64,000 bases of DNA from a bacterium (GTDB lineage: Bacteria; Patescibacteriota; Minisyncoccia; UBA6257; GWB1-50-10), in assembly GCA_021815205.1 (NCBI GenBank), contig JAKAHD010000004.1, positions 4,990 to 68,989 on the forward strand, written 5' to 3'. This document shows positions 1 to 9,024 of this stretch, piece after piece. The stretch's first letter is position 1; each line of letters begins with the position of its first letter. A program made the position numbers and the translations under genes. The notes under the pieces were generated by a model. It was given only the letters and a program-made list of their open reading frames with translations, was not told where the DNA came from and did no database searches.

Positions 1-228
1 CTCCGCTTCTTTTTGGGAGACCGCCTTCGCGCCGTCCGTAAGCGTTACCTGCAACGTGTCTCCGTGCACCACAATACTTTTTACCTGGCCCGCATCAATT
101 TTTTGGACAAGTTGATTAATGGTGAGGTTGTTCTCCTGTATGCTTGGCGTGAGAAACAGCGAGAACACGAGCGCGAGCAGGACTAAAAATACGAGCACCC
201 CAAAAAAGTTTTTTCCGAAACGCTTCAT
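1..228 (-). CDS. 5'-partial CDS. N-terminal 76 aa of a membrane-anchored protein (MKRFGKNFFGVLVFLVLLALVFSLFL...VKSIVVHGDTLQVTLTDG). Resembles an FtsH-type N-terminus; identity is uncertain. Continues beyond the window start.
   Basis: Hand translation of the reverse strand. ATG at 226-228 is followed by one TM helix. The ORF runs off the window at nt 1, so it is absent from the ORF track. Confidence 0.35.
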   Translation of the reverse strand, partial: MKRFGKNFFGVLVFLVLLALVFSLFLTPSIQENNLTINQLVQKIDAGQVKSIVVHGDTLQVTLTDGAKAVSQKEAE

Positions 229-324
229 CCCTCACATAACGTTTCTTTATATCGACTTGTAGTAGGCATGGATTTTGATTTTGTATTTTCATCCCTCTCG
301 TACCTTAAGTAGTTATGTGAGGGA
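228..324. repeat. Family G element, copy 1: ~100 bp bounded by 13-bp terminal inverted repeats TCCCTCACATAAC / GTTATGTGAGGGA.
   Basis: TIRs at 228-240 and 312-324. The same TIRs bound a second element at 49588-49683. The left TIR overlaps the start codon of the partial gene by 1 nt. Confidence 0.5.
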
Positions 325-556
325 TTTATAGAATGCTCTACGAATTACGAATGCATACAAATATACAAAACCACCCGTTGCGTGGTGAGTTGTAAGTAGC
401 GAGTTGCGAGTTCATAATTCGTATATTTTGTAATGGATTCGTATTTCGTAGCTCTGCTTATAGCTCCATCATACCGCACTTCCACACGGCGCGCAAAACG
501 AATATCGCCCCTCGGCTGGGACGGGCTCATGTGTGTTGTAAGAAAGAAAAACCCGA

Positions 557-1651
557 TTAATCTTTCTTGAGTTTCAGTGCGATTCTCTTCTCTTCCGGCT
601 TTACGGACTCGACCGTAAACATCCTTGATTCGCCGATCGTGAGCTCCTTTTTCATCTCCGGCACGCCGCCGAAGTCCGTCACGTACACCTGGCCCTGGAG
701 ATCATGATCGAGCGAGACAAGCGCCCCCACTGACATAAATGCGTACACCGTCCCGCGCACCTCATCGCCTTCTTTAAAAAACTGCGCCGCCTTCTCCCAC
801 GGATTCTCCTTCAACGCCTTCAAGGAGAGTGAGATGCGGCCGTTTTTAATATCCGCGATCTGCGCCTTCACCACTTCATCAATCTTCAAGACCTCTTTCG
901 GGTTGTCGATGATCTTATAGTCGATCTCCGAGACGTGAATGAACCCCTCGACGACCGGATTATCCGTGAATCGCACGAACGCGCCGAAGTCCGCCACGCC
1001 GGAGATCACCCCTTCGATAACCTGCCCCACGTGATAGTGTTCCGCGAGTTCGCGCGCACTCAATTCCTGCGCCGCCTTTTCCGAAATGATGAGCTTGTTC
1101 GTTCTTGGGTTCACGTCAATCACTTTTACCTGGAGCTCCTGCCCCACAAGGAGTTGCAGCGCTTGGAGAATCTTTCCCTTCTCATCAATTCCCACCTTGG
1201 GGTAGTGCTCGTTCGAAAGTTGGGACACAGGGAGGAACCCCGTGATCCCGCGCACGTCCGCCATAAGACCGCCCTTATTAAAGCCGGCTATTTTCAGAGG
1301 AATCACTTCTTCCTTCTCTTTGAGTTCCTGCGCTTCGGTCCATGCCCGCTGTTTGTCCGCTTCGGAGAGCGAGAGCTCAATATATCCCTCTTCGTTATCG
1401 ATATCAATCACTTTCGCGTGTACGGGATCGCCAACCTTCAAGCCCCGCACGAGTTCGCGCGCGTTCTGCAGTTCGCCGCGATACACGACTCCCGTACCAT
1501 AACGTCCCATGTCCACGAGGAGCTGCTTCGAACCCTTCTCAAGTACTTTTCCCTCGACGAGGTCTCCGACCTTCAAAGTCGAAAAAAGCGCCGCCTCATC
1601 TTTTATGAGCTGGGTGATAAGCGCCAGATTGCTTGGTTTGAGTGATGACAT
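557..1651 (-). CDS. rpsA: 30S ribosomal protein S1, short 4x S1-domain form
   Basis: Repeated S1 OB-fold motifs (GxV.G.V..I..FGAFV..). The 364-aa length is typical of reduced genomes. Confidence 0.85.
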   Translation of the reverse strand: MSSLKPSNLALITQLIKDEAALFSTLKVGDLVEGKVLEKGSKQLLVDMGRYGTGVVYRGELQNARELVRGLKVGDPVHAKVIDIDNEEGYIELSLSEADKQRAWTEAQELKEKEEVIPLKIAGFNKGGLMADVRGITGFLPVSQLSNEHYPKVGIDEKGKILQALQLLVGQELQVKVIDVNPRTNKLIISEKAAQELSARELAEHYHVGQVIEGVISGVADFGAFVRFTDNPVVEGFIHVSEIDYKIIDNPKEVLKIDEVVKAQIADIKNGRISLSLKALKENPWEKAAQFFKEGDEVRGTVYAFMSVGALVSLDHDLQGQVYVTDFGGVPEMKKELTIGESRMFTVESVKPEEKRIALKLKKD

Positions 1652-1689
1652 ATACCAAAGGAGAATACCATGATTTGAGACCCGAATGC

Positions 1690-1870
1690 AAGCCGACTAA
1701 AGAATTGCTTTGGGGGAATGGGTGAGGAACATACGAATTTCAAATTTCAATTTCTAAATTTCAAATTGAATTTTAAATGAATAAATTTTTGAAACTATAT
1801 AAATTAAAATTGATTTAAAACTTGAAATTTAAAATTTAGAATCCTGTCTCTAAGAATTAAAGGCAGACGA
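1690..1870. repeat. Family F AT-rich intergenic repeat, copy 1, inverted relative to copy 2
   Basis: 1775-1845 is the reverse complement of 5730-5820 (AAATTGAATTTTAAATGAATAAATTTTTGAAAC / TTTGAAACTAT(A/G)TAAATTAAAATTGATTTAAAACTTGAAATT). Confidence 0.6.
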
Positions 1871-1931
1871 TTCCTACGAGCATAAATGGTTTCATTGAAA
1901 AGAACGATCTACGGACATATAATAGAAGAAT

Positions 1932-2498
1932 ATGATAATCACGTATCACGGGGACGACTACTTCAAGCTCCAGTCCGGCCAGTATACGGTGCTCATCGAC
2001 CCTACCAACCAGCGCTCATTCAAGGGAGCGACGCTCGCCATACACACGGTGCGCCCCCCGGAAGTCGAGGCGTCGGATGAATTGTTTTGGATCGACCACC
2101 AGGGGGAGTATGAGGTGCGGGGGATTTCTATACAGGGAGCGACGCTTGGAAAAGATGCGGCGGGCGAGAAGACCGCGTACCGGATCGTATTCGATGAGGT
2201 GGTGTTCGGCATACTCGGTTATTGCACGAAAGAGCCCGATCCCACGATCCAGGAACTGTTTCAGAAGTGCGACGTGCTCATACTCCCCGGAAAGGGGAAG
2301 CCGTATCTTTCAATTGATGCGGCGGCAAAATTTGCCCGACAAATCGAGCCGAGCGTGATTATTCCCTCGCTCGACGGGGACTTCAAGGCGTTCCTCAAGG
2401 AATTCGGGCAGGAGAAAGCGGGGACGGAGGAAAAATTCGTCTTCAAAAAGAAGGAACTCGTCCCGAAAGCGATGGCGGTGCATCCGCTTCACGCGTAA
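1932..2498 (+). CDS. Hypothetical protein, possibly a UPF0173/MBL-fold-like metal-dependent hydrolase
   Basis: The N-terminus (MIITYHGDDYFKL) resembles the UPF0173 family. No clear HxHxDH motif, so the assignment is weak. Confidence 0.3.
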   Translation: MIITYHGDDYFKLQSGQYTVLIDPTNQRSFKGATLAIHTVRPPEVEASDELFWIDHQGEYEVRGISIQGATLGKDAAGEKTAYRIVFDEVVFGILGYCTKEPDPTIQELFQKCDVLILPGKGKPYLSIDAAAKFARQIEPSVIIPSLDGDFKAFLKEFGQEKAGTEEKFVFKKKELVPKAMAVHPLHA

Positions 2499-2518
2499 CG
2501 ACCCGAGAAACTACTCTC

Positions 2519-2992
2519 ATGAAAAAAATCGCGCGTGCAATTCATCATTTTTTTCAGGAGCTCCGACATGCCGACATGAAGACCAGAAAGCGGTGGCGCG
2601 CGCTTCTTTCGGGCGCATCCATGCTTCTCGTGATCGCGCTCTGGGTGCTCTATTCGAAGGTTGCATTTCCCTCATATGACACCGTCGCCACCGAGACTGC
2701 GGCGCCAGCCACCCAGCTTTTTGCGACGACCACCGCTTCGGAAAAAACTCCGCCGACATCATCCAGCGCGGGAGGGAGCTCGATTCTGGACACCTTTGGG
2801 AGAGGGCTCGCGGTATTCGGGAAGGACCTCCAGAATGGCGTCCGTGCCGTGGGAGATGCGGTAAGGAGCAGTTTCGAAAGAGCGGCCGCGAACTTCAGAA
2901 AGACGAACTCATTCGAGGTACGGACACCAACCTCAACCGAGGGCGGAACGAGTACCGCACCGGAACCGATTCCGCCGACGCCGCTGCCGTAA
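2519..2992 (+). CDS. Hypothetical membrane-anchored protein (single TM; Thr/Ser/Pro-rich)
   Basis: One hydrophobic helix (LLSGASMLLVIALWVLY) and a low-complexity tail. Coding-like codon usage. Confidence 0.4.
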   Translation: MKKIARAIHHFFQELRHADMKTRKRWRALLSGASMLLVIALWVLYSKVAFPSYDTVATETAAPATQLFATTTASEKTPPTSSSAGGSSILDTFGRGLAVFGKDLQNGVRAVGDAVRSSFERAAANFRKTNSFEVRTPTSTEGGTSTAPEPIPPTPLP

Positions 2993-3125
2993 CGGTGACA
3001 CGACGGCGATACCGCGGTAAGGCGGTGGTGATACGGTTGCACCTCTACCGTGTTTCTATTGGGTCGCCGTTCGTGTCTCTCGTTGTCCCCACCCCGGAAC
3101 CGTAGTACAATTTCTTTGGATTACC

Positions 3126-5633
3126 ATGCCAAAAGACGATCAGAAACACGAGGAAGAACAAAATAATACTCCGAGCCAGAGAATAGAACCGCGCGAAATT
3201 ACGGAGGAGCTTCGCGAGTCGTACCTCGACTACGCGATGTCCGTCATCGTCTCGCGCGCCCTGCCCGACGTGCGGGACGGCATGAAACCCGTGCAAAGGA
3301 GAATCCTTTGGGCGATGTGGGACTCGGGCCTTACGCACGGCGCGAAGTTCAAGAAGTCCGCGAACGTCGTGGGAGAAGTGCTTGGGAAATACCATCCGCA
3401 CGGCGACATGGCGGTCTACGACGCTCTGGCGCGTATGGCGCAGGATTTCTCGCTCCGTTATCCCTTAATAGACGGGCAAGGAAATTGGGGTTCGGTTGAC
3501 GGGGACGGTCCTGCGGCGATGCGTTATACGGAAGCGCGTCTCGCAAAGATTGCGGAAGAGCTCTTGACGGACATCGAAAAAGAGACCGCCGACTGGACAC
3601 CAAACTACGACGCGACGCGCGAGGAACCGGCATACCTCCCCGCAAAACTTCCGAACTTGCTTTTGAACGGCGCGGTCGGCATCGCGGTCGGTATGGCAAC
3701 CTCGATCCCGCCGCACAATCTCGTCGAGATCGCGGAGGCGATCTCACACCTTATTGCGCACCCCGACGCCGACGTGAAGGAGCTCATGCAGTTTGTGCAG
3801 GGGCCCGATTTCCCGACGGGCGGCATCATATATGATCGCAGGGCACTTGAAGAGGCGTACGCGACCGGGAAGGGCTCCGTCACGATGCGCGCGAAAACCG
3901 AGATTGAGGAGCGGAAGAACGGGAGCTTCCAGATCATCATCTCGGAGATCCCGTATCAGGTGAATAAATCAACCTTGATCGAGAAGATCGCGGAGCTCGT
4001 GCAAGAGAAAAAAATCGAGGGTATTAAGGACGTGCGCGACGAATCGGACCGCGAGGGACTCCGCATCGTGATCGACCTCAAGGCGGACGTACGCGCACAG
4101 CGTATCTTGAACCAGCTCTTCCAGTACACCGAACTTCAAAAGAACTTTTACTTCAACATGCTTGCTTTGACGAACGGCTTGAAGCCGGAGGTTCTTTCCT
4201 TAAAAGATATCCTCTCGGCATACATCGAGCATCGGAAAACGGTGATCCGCCGGCGCACTGAGTTTGATCTTAAGAAAGCGGAGGAGCGGGCGCATATCCT
4301 GGAGGGGCTCGTCACGGCCCTCGAGGTAATCGACAAGATTATCGCGACCATCAAGAAATCGAAGGATAAGGACGAGGCGCGTCAGAATCTCGTCAAAAAT
4401 TTTAAACTTACCCCGATCCAGGCGGACGCGATCCTCGAGATGAAACTGCAGAGCCTCGCGGCGTTGGAGCGCATCAAAATCGAGGAAGAGCTTAAGGAGA
4501 AAAAGAAGCTTATCGCGGAACTGAAACTCATCCTTAAAGAACCGAAACGGATTCTGAAGATTATCGGGCAGGATCTCGAAGATCTGAAGAAGAACTTCCC
4601 CGACCCGCGCCGCACGAAAGTTGTGGCGAGCGGCCTCAAGGAGTTTAAGGAGGAGGATCTGATTCCAAAGGAAGAGGCGTTAATCACCCTCACGCGCGAC
4701 GGCTATATCAAGCGTATGCCTCCGAACACCTTCCGCGTACAAAAGCGCGGTGGGAAGGGCTTGATCGGATTCGACGTGAAGGAGGAAGATCAGATTTACC
4801 AGCTTCTTTCGGCCGACACGCACGACAACATGCTCTTCTTCACGACGAAGGGGCGGGTGTTCCAGACGAAGGCATACGAGGTGCCCGTCGCAAGCCGTAC
4901 CGCGAAAGGAAAGGCGATCTACAACTTCCTTGATATTCCGACAAATGAGAAGATCAGCGCGGTATTGACCTATCCGCAGAATCTTATCGAAGACAAGGGG
5001 GAGCGCGCAAAGCATTTTCTCGTAATGGCGACGAAGCGCGGCGTCATCAAGCGCACGGCGCTCGAGGATTTCGGAAACGTCCGGCGGAACGGCATTATCG
5101 CGATCAAGCTCCAAAGCGACGATCTTTTGGAATGGGTCCGCCTCTCATCGGGAGACGACCAGATTGTGCTCGTGACCGCAATGGGGCAGGCGATTCGCTT
5201 CAAAGAGAAGGATGTGCGCGCGATGGGGCGGAGCGCGGCGGGCGTGCGCGCCTTGCACCTCAAGAAACAGGACTCGGTGAGCGGGCTTGATATAATAAGG
5301 AAAGACGACTTGGAAAGAGCGGGCACATCATCGCTCCGCGTGCTCGCGGTTATGGCGAACGGCTTCGCGAAACAAACCTCGATCAAAGAGTATAAGATCC
5401 AGCGCCGGGGAGGATCGGGTGTGAAGACCGCGAAGATTACTGCAAAAACCGGACCCGTGATCGGCGCGCATATCGTGGGCGACGAGACGACCGAGGTACT
5501 CGCGTTTTCCTCGAAGGGGCAGGCCTTGAAAGCGGAGCTCAAGGATATCCGAGTTTTGAGCCGCGCAACCCAAGGCGTCAAAATCATGAATCTCGACAAA
5601 GGAGACACGCTGGTGGGGATCGTGTGCCTCTAA
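3126..5633 (+). CDS. gyrA: DNA gyrase subunit A
   Basis: Canonical N-terminus [29 protein letters not shown], GyrA-box-like region and C-terminal beta-pinwheel repeats. 835 aa. Confidence 0.93.
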   Translation: MPKDDQKHEEEQNNTPSQRIEPREITEELRESYLDYAMSVIVSRALPDVRDGMKPVQRRILWAMWDSGLTHGAKFKKSANVVGEVLGKYHPHGDMAVYDALARMAQDFSLRYPLIDGQGNWGSVDGDGPAAMRYTEARLAKIAEELLTDIEKETADWTPNYDATREEPAYLPAKLPNLLLNGAVGIAVGMATSIPPHNLVEIAEAISHLIAHPDADVKELMQFVQGPDFPTGGIIYDRRALEEAYATGKGSVTMRAKTEIEERKNGSFQIIISEIPYQVNKSTLIEKIAELVQEKKIEGIKDVRDESDREGLRIVIDLKADVRAQRILNQLFQYTELQKNFYFNMLALTNGLKPEVLSLKDILSAYIEHRKTVIRRRTEFDLKKAEERAHILEGLVTALEVIDKIIATIKKSKDKDEARQNLVKNFKLTPIQADAILEMKLQSLAALERIKIEEELKEKKKLIAELKLILKEPKRILKIIGQDLEDLKKNFPDPRRTKVVASGLKEFKEEDLIPKEEALITLTRDGYIKRMPPNTFRVQKRGGKGLIGFDVKEEDQIYQLLSADTHDNMLFFTTKGRVFQTKAYEVPVASRTAKGKAIYNFLDIPTNEKISAVLTYPQNLIEDKGERAKHFLVMATKRGVIKRTALEDFGNVRRNGIIAIKLQSDDLLEWVRLSSGDDQIVLVTAMGQAIRFKEKDVRAMGRSAAGVRALHLKKQDSVSGLDIIRKDDLERAGTSSLRVLAVMANGFAKQTSIKEYKIQRRGGSGVKTAKITAKTGPVIGAHIVGDETTEVLAFSSKGQALKAELKDIRVLSRATQGVKIMNLDKGDTLVGIVCL

Positions 5634-5843
5634 AAAATTTTTAATTTTAAATTCTTAATTTTTAATCAATTCTAAATGACAAAATTCTTTAATTTTTAAA
5701 CATTAGAGTATCTATTGTTGAATAAAAATTTCAAATTTCAAGTTTTAAATCAATTTTAATTTACATAGTTTCAAATTACATAATTTCAAAATTTATTCAT
5801 TTAAAATTCAATTAAAATTGAGAAATTAAAATTTAAAATTTCG
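5634..5843. repeat. Family F AT-rich intergenic repeat, copy 2
   Basis: 5645-5760 aligns with 21045-21150 (AAATTCTTAATTTTTAATCAA...TTGAATAAAAATTTCAAATT). 5730-5820 is the inverse of 1775-1845. Confidence 0.6.
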
Positions 5844-7151
5844 ATGCCGTTAACTCATTCTCAAAAAATAATGCTTGTGATCGGGCTTGCGGTCGCGCTT
5901 GCGGTCGCGCTCGTATTTTTGGGGGTCATTCCCGGGCTCCAAAAAAAATCCGCCGATCCGCATCAGGCGAAGGCGACGCTCACGATGTGGGGGATCTACG
6001 ACGATCAGAACGCCATGAATCCCGCGTTCCAGAATTTTAAGACGATCTACCCCAACGTTACGATCAACTACCGGCAGTTCACCGACCCAAGGGATTATTA
6101 TTCGACGCTTTTAAACGCGCTCGCTTCGGGCACCGGCCCCGACGTCTTTGAGATACGGAACACAGACACGGCGAAGTATGTAAACAAACTCGTGCCCGCA
6201 CCTCAAACCTCGTTCACTTTGCTTCAAATGAAACAACTCTTTCCGCAGACCGTGACGCAGGATTTTTACTACCAGAACAACGTCTGGGGACTTCCGGTCT
6301 CGATTGATACGCTCGCGCTCTTCTATAATAGGAACCTCTTCGACCAGGCCGGGCTCCCGCTTCCCGGCACATGGCAGAGCTGGCAGGATTTCGTGGATAC
6401 TGTTCCGAAGCTCGTGAAGAAAGATGCGCAGGGAAACATCACGCAGGCGGGCGCCGCGATCGGCGGAGACGACACTACGATTCCGACGGGCTCGGATCTT
6501 TTGGGGCTCCTAATGCTTCAGAATGGATCGCGTATCGGCACGCCGGGTGCACCTTCGTTTACGGGCGACCTCGGGGTGCAGGCCTTGAATTTCTATACGC
6601 AGTTCTCGAGCCCCGCTTCAAGCGACTACACCTGGAACGATTCGATGCAGAACGCCCGCGATCTCTTCGGGCAGGGGAAGGTCGCGATGCTCTTCGATTA
6701 CGCATCCTCGATTCCTCAGATCAAGGCGCGCAATCCATATCTGAACTTCGAGATCGCCCCTGTTCCGCAGCCGAAGAATGTCGCGACGCCCGCCGCGCTT
6801 CCCGATTACTGGGGGGTGGTGGTCTCACGACAAACGAAATATCCGACTGTTGCGTGGGATTTCGTCATTCAGACCGCTACGAATAGCGTCGTGGAAAACG
6901 CCTACGTGCAGGCGACGCAGAAGCCGCCGGCATTGAACTCGTTGCTCTACCAGTATCAGAACGATCCGGTTTTGAGCGTCTTCGCGAAGCAGGCCCTGAT
7001 CGCGCGCTCGTGGACGGAACCGGATAAAGACGCCTCGCGCGCGGTCTTCTCGCAGATGATCCATGCGGTCGTCTCGGGAGGCGCGCGGCCCGCGGACGCC
7101 CTGAACCAGGCCCAAGACGGCATCAATCAAATCATTCAAAGGTCATACTAG
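5844..7151 (+). CDS. Extracellular solute-binding protein (ABC-transporter SBP family 1-like), N-terminally membrane-anchored
   Basis: N-terminal TM helix followed by an SBP_bac_1-like sequence (TLTMWGIYDDQNAMNPAFQNFK...). No cognate permease or ATPase lies adjacent. Confidence 0.55.
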   Translation: MPLTHSQKIMLVIGLAVALAVALVFLGVIPGLQKKSADPHQAKATLTMWGIYDDQNAMNPAFQNFKTIYPNVTINYRQFTDPRDYYSTLLNALASGTGPDVFEIRNTDTAKYVNKLVPAPQTSFTLLQMKQLFPQTVTQDFYYQNNVWGLPVSIDTLALFYNRNLFDQAGLPLPGTWQSWQDFVDTVPKLVKKDAQGNITQAGAAIGGDDTTIPTGSDLLGLLMLQNGSRIGTPGAPSFTGDLGVQALNFYTQFSSPASSDYTWNDSMQNARDLFGQGKVAMLFDYASSIPQIKARNPYLNFEIAPVPQPKNVATPAALPDYWGVVVSRQTKYPTVAWDFVIQTATNSVVENAYVQATQKPPALNSLLYQYQNDPVLSVFAKQALIARSWTEPDKDASRAVFSQMIHAVVSGGARPADALNQAQDGINQIIQRSY

Positions 7152-7196
7152 ACGAATTGGACCTATTGGACCAAATAAGACCAATAGGTCGTTACT

Positions 7197-7613
7197 ATGA
7201 AAAAAACAATCGCCTCACTTTTCTTCGCCCCGCTTCTCTTTCTTCTCACCTTTGGCATTTCACACGCGGCGCTCTTTGATATCTGGAAGGGAACCTCGAA
7301 CGGGGGCTGCAACGCGTCGGACTCCGGATGCAACTTATGCGACGCGGTAAAAGTTGTCGTAAATATCGTGAATGACCTTACAACCTTCGCAATCATCGCC
7401 GCGGTCGGCATGACGGTCTATGGCGCGATCGTGCTCATGATCTCCGGCGGCTCCGAGGAGCGGGTAAAGAAAGGAAAGAGCGTCATCTTCACTGCTGTGA
7501 CAGGGCTCGTGATCGTCCTTGCGGGGTGGCTTATTATAAACACCATCCTTCATTTCTTGACCGGCAGAGTTGACTTCCCGTGGGCGAACATACAATGCTA
7601 CAATGTGAAGTAA
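7197..7613 (+). CDS. TrbC/VirB2-like pilin paralog 1 (signal peptide ending AHA, then 2 TM helices)
   Basis: Signal peptide ...FGISHAA, a Cys-containing mature N-terminus, and two hydrophobic helices separated by GGSEERVKKGK. Same architecture as the next three genes. Confidence 0.65.
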   Translation: MKKTIASLFFAPLLFLLTFGISHAALFDIWKGTSNGGCNASDSGCNLCDAVKVVVNIVNDLTTFAIIAAVGMTVYGAIVLMISGGSEERVKKGKSVIFTAVTGLVIVLAGWLIINTILHFLTGRVDFPWANIQCYNVK

Positions 7614-7665
7614 CCAATAGGAATTACTGACTTGTGAGCCCAAGTGATCTTATCGGTCCCATAAT

Positions 7666-7700
7666 GTCATCCTGATCCGCCGATGAGGCGGAGAAGGATC
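7666..7700. repeat. Family A hairpin repeat GTCATCCTGATCCGCC-loop-GGCGGAGAAGGATC, copy 1
   Basis: Near-identical copies at 10524-10558 and 14246-14279 (inverted), plus a head-to-head pair inside rsmA at 22672-22746. Confidence 0.7.
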
Positions 7701-7715
7701 TATAGTAAAATAATC

Positions 7716-8126
7716 ATGTCCACTCTCAAAAAAATTTTATCCGCCTCACTTATCTCCGTTTTTGCTTCTGTGGCGATTGGAGTGTCCCTTGCGCACGCAC
7801 AAACCAGTTGCGATCCAACAATCCAGGCAAACTGTCCAACTCCTCCACCCAACTCTTCTATCGCCCTTTCGAATCCCTTGGGAACCAATAACTCGACTGT
7901 CGAAGATCTCCTCCACTCGATTGTGAACTGGCTCATCACGATCGCGACGCCGATCGCGGTCGGGATGATTTTAATAGGCGCGTTCCAGATGATCTTTGCG
8001 GGCGGGAATCCCGAACGTTTCGCGACGGGCAGAAAAACGATTCTTTACACCGCAATCGGGTATGCTATAATCGTTATAGGTTGGGGGATGGTCTCGATAA
8101 TCCGAGATATTCTGAACGTGCCATAA
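7716..8126 (+). CDS. TrbC/VirB2-like pilin paralog 2
   Basis: Signal peptide ...SLAHAQ, then TSCDPT..., two TM helices and a GGNPERFATGRK linker. Start placed at ATG 7716 because the track ORF start at 7683 lies inside repeat A. Confidence 0.65.
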   Translation: MSTLKKILSASLISVFASVAIGVSLAHAQTSCDPTIQANCPTPPPNSSIALSNPLGTNNSTVEDLLHSIVNWLITIATPIAVGMILIGAFQMIFAGGNPERFATGRKTILYTAIGYAIIVIGWGMVSIIRDILNVP

Positions 8127-8160
8127 CCCCCGAAAGGTCGAGAAGCAAAAAGTTTTTGCA

Positions 8161-8514
8161 ATGAATAAAACATTAAAAGTGGTAACCGCAGTGGCGCTCG
8201 CGGTAAGCATCCTTTCGCCTCTCGCCGCACTCGCGCAAGTACCAAACATCTCCGGAACGCCGCCGATTTCGAGCCTCTCCGGTGTACAAACGAGCCTCTA
8301 TGGAATCGTGAACTGGATTATCGTCATCTTCTGGGTCTTGACGGTACTCTTTCTTGTGTGGGCTGCAGTACTCTATCTCACAGGGGCAGGGAATGAAGAA
8401 AAAATTAAGGAGGCGAAGAATCGAGTCATCTACGCGATTATCGCGGCGGCGATTGCGCTTCTTGCGACTGGATTACAAAGTATTGTGACAAGTATTTTGA
8501 AGGGAAATCAATAA
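8161..8514 (+). CDS. TrbC/VirB2-like pilin paralog 3
   Basis: Signal peptide ...LAALAQ, two TM helices and a GAGNEEKIKEAKNR linker. Confidence 0.65.
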   Translation: MNKTLKVVTAVALAVSILSPLAALAQVPNISGTPPISSLSGVQTSLYGIVNWIIVIFWVLTVLFLVWAAVLYLTGAGNEEKIKEAKNRVIYAIIAAAIALLATGLQSIVTSILKGNQ

Positions 8515-8530
8515 GTTCTTCTTACCTAAA

Positions 8531-8560
8531 ACACGCGGTCCCTGGACCGCGTGTTTTTCG
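8531..8560 (+). terminator. Rho-independent terminator after pilin 3
   Basis: Stem ACACGCGGTCC/GGACCGCGTGT followed by TTTTT. Confidence 0.55.
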
Positions 8561-8592
8561 TCTTTGTCATCGAGTCCGTTTCAAGGCATTAT

Positions 8593-8620
8593 TGGTTTTT
8601 GAAATTGCTTCCAGTATAAT
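8593..8620 (+). promoter_or_regulatory. Candidate sigma70-type promoter for pilin 4 (-35 TTGGTT, 16-nt spacer, -10 TATAAT). The -10 element lies only ~8 nt from the ATG, so the transcript may be leaderless or short-leader.
   Basis: Perfect TATAAT at 8615-8620. ATG at 8628. Confidence 0.35.
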
Positions 8621-8627
8621 AGAACTA

Positions 8628-8960
8628 ATGAATTTATTTTCCTCTCTCGTTTCCACCGCTCACGCGCAAACCACATGCGACATCACCACAACTGCAAACT
8701 GCGTCTCGTCAGGACTCACCTCGCTCTCGCAGGTTGAGGGTTCCTTGAACCGGATTGTAGCATTCCTCTTTAATACGTTCTGGGTAGTCGCGGTTGGCAT
8801 GCTCATCTGGGCCGCGATTCTTTTTCTCACCGCCGGAGATAATAAAGAAACTATTGAAAAGGCGAAGAAGATGATTCTCTATGCGGTAATCGCGGCGGCG
8901 GCGGCGCTTCTTGCAAGCGGCATCTATTCCATTACGTATAATGTTCTCCAGGGGAAGTAA
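8628..8960 (+). CDS. TrbC/VirB2-like pilin paralog 4
   Basis: Signal peptide MNLFSSLVSTAHAQ, then TTCDITT..., two TM helices and a AGDNKETIEKAKK linker. Confidence 0.65.
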   Translation: MNLFSSLVSTAHAQTTCDITTTANCVSSGLTSLSQVEGSLNRIVAFLFNTFWVVAVGMLIWAAILFLTAGDNKETIEKAKKMILYAVIAAAAALLASGIYSITYNVLQGK

Positions 8961-8972
8961 CCAAACCCAGCA

Positions 8973-9008
8973 AAGGAGGTTGAACCTCCAGTGGAGGTTC
9001 AACCTCTA
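8973..9008. repeat. Family D palindromic repeat (AGGTTGAACCTCCAGTGGAGGTTCAACCT)
   Basis: Related hairpins occur in a tandem array at 18945-19090. Confidence 0.55.
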
Positions 9009-9024
9009 AGCCCTCCGCCTTAAG

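Noticed and set aside
345-530. 61-aa minus-strand ORF downstream of rpsA
   Set aside because: It lies in repeat- and hairpin-rich 3' flanking DNA (ATTCGTA repeats, terminator-like CCACGCAACGGGTGG + U-run). Likely non-coding.
935-1645. 236-aa plus-strand ORF (and others such as 4970-5608, 31359-32333, 61481-62428, 16682-17413, 63442-63996)
   Set aside because: Antisense shadow ORFs lying entirely within well-supported genes (rpsA, gyrA, virB4, the O-antigen ligase-like gene, pnp, murA) in a GC-rich genome.
8961-9024. Family D palindrome after pilin 4 as an intrinsic terminator
   Set aside because: A stable hairpin, but no downstream U-run. Kept as a repeat rather than a terminator.
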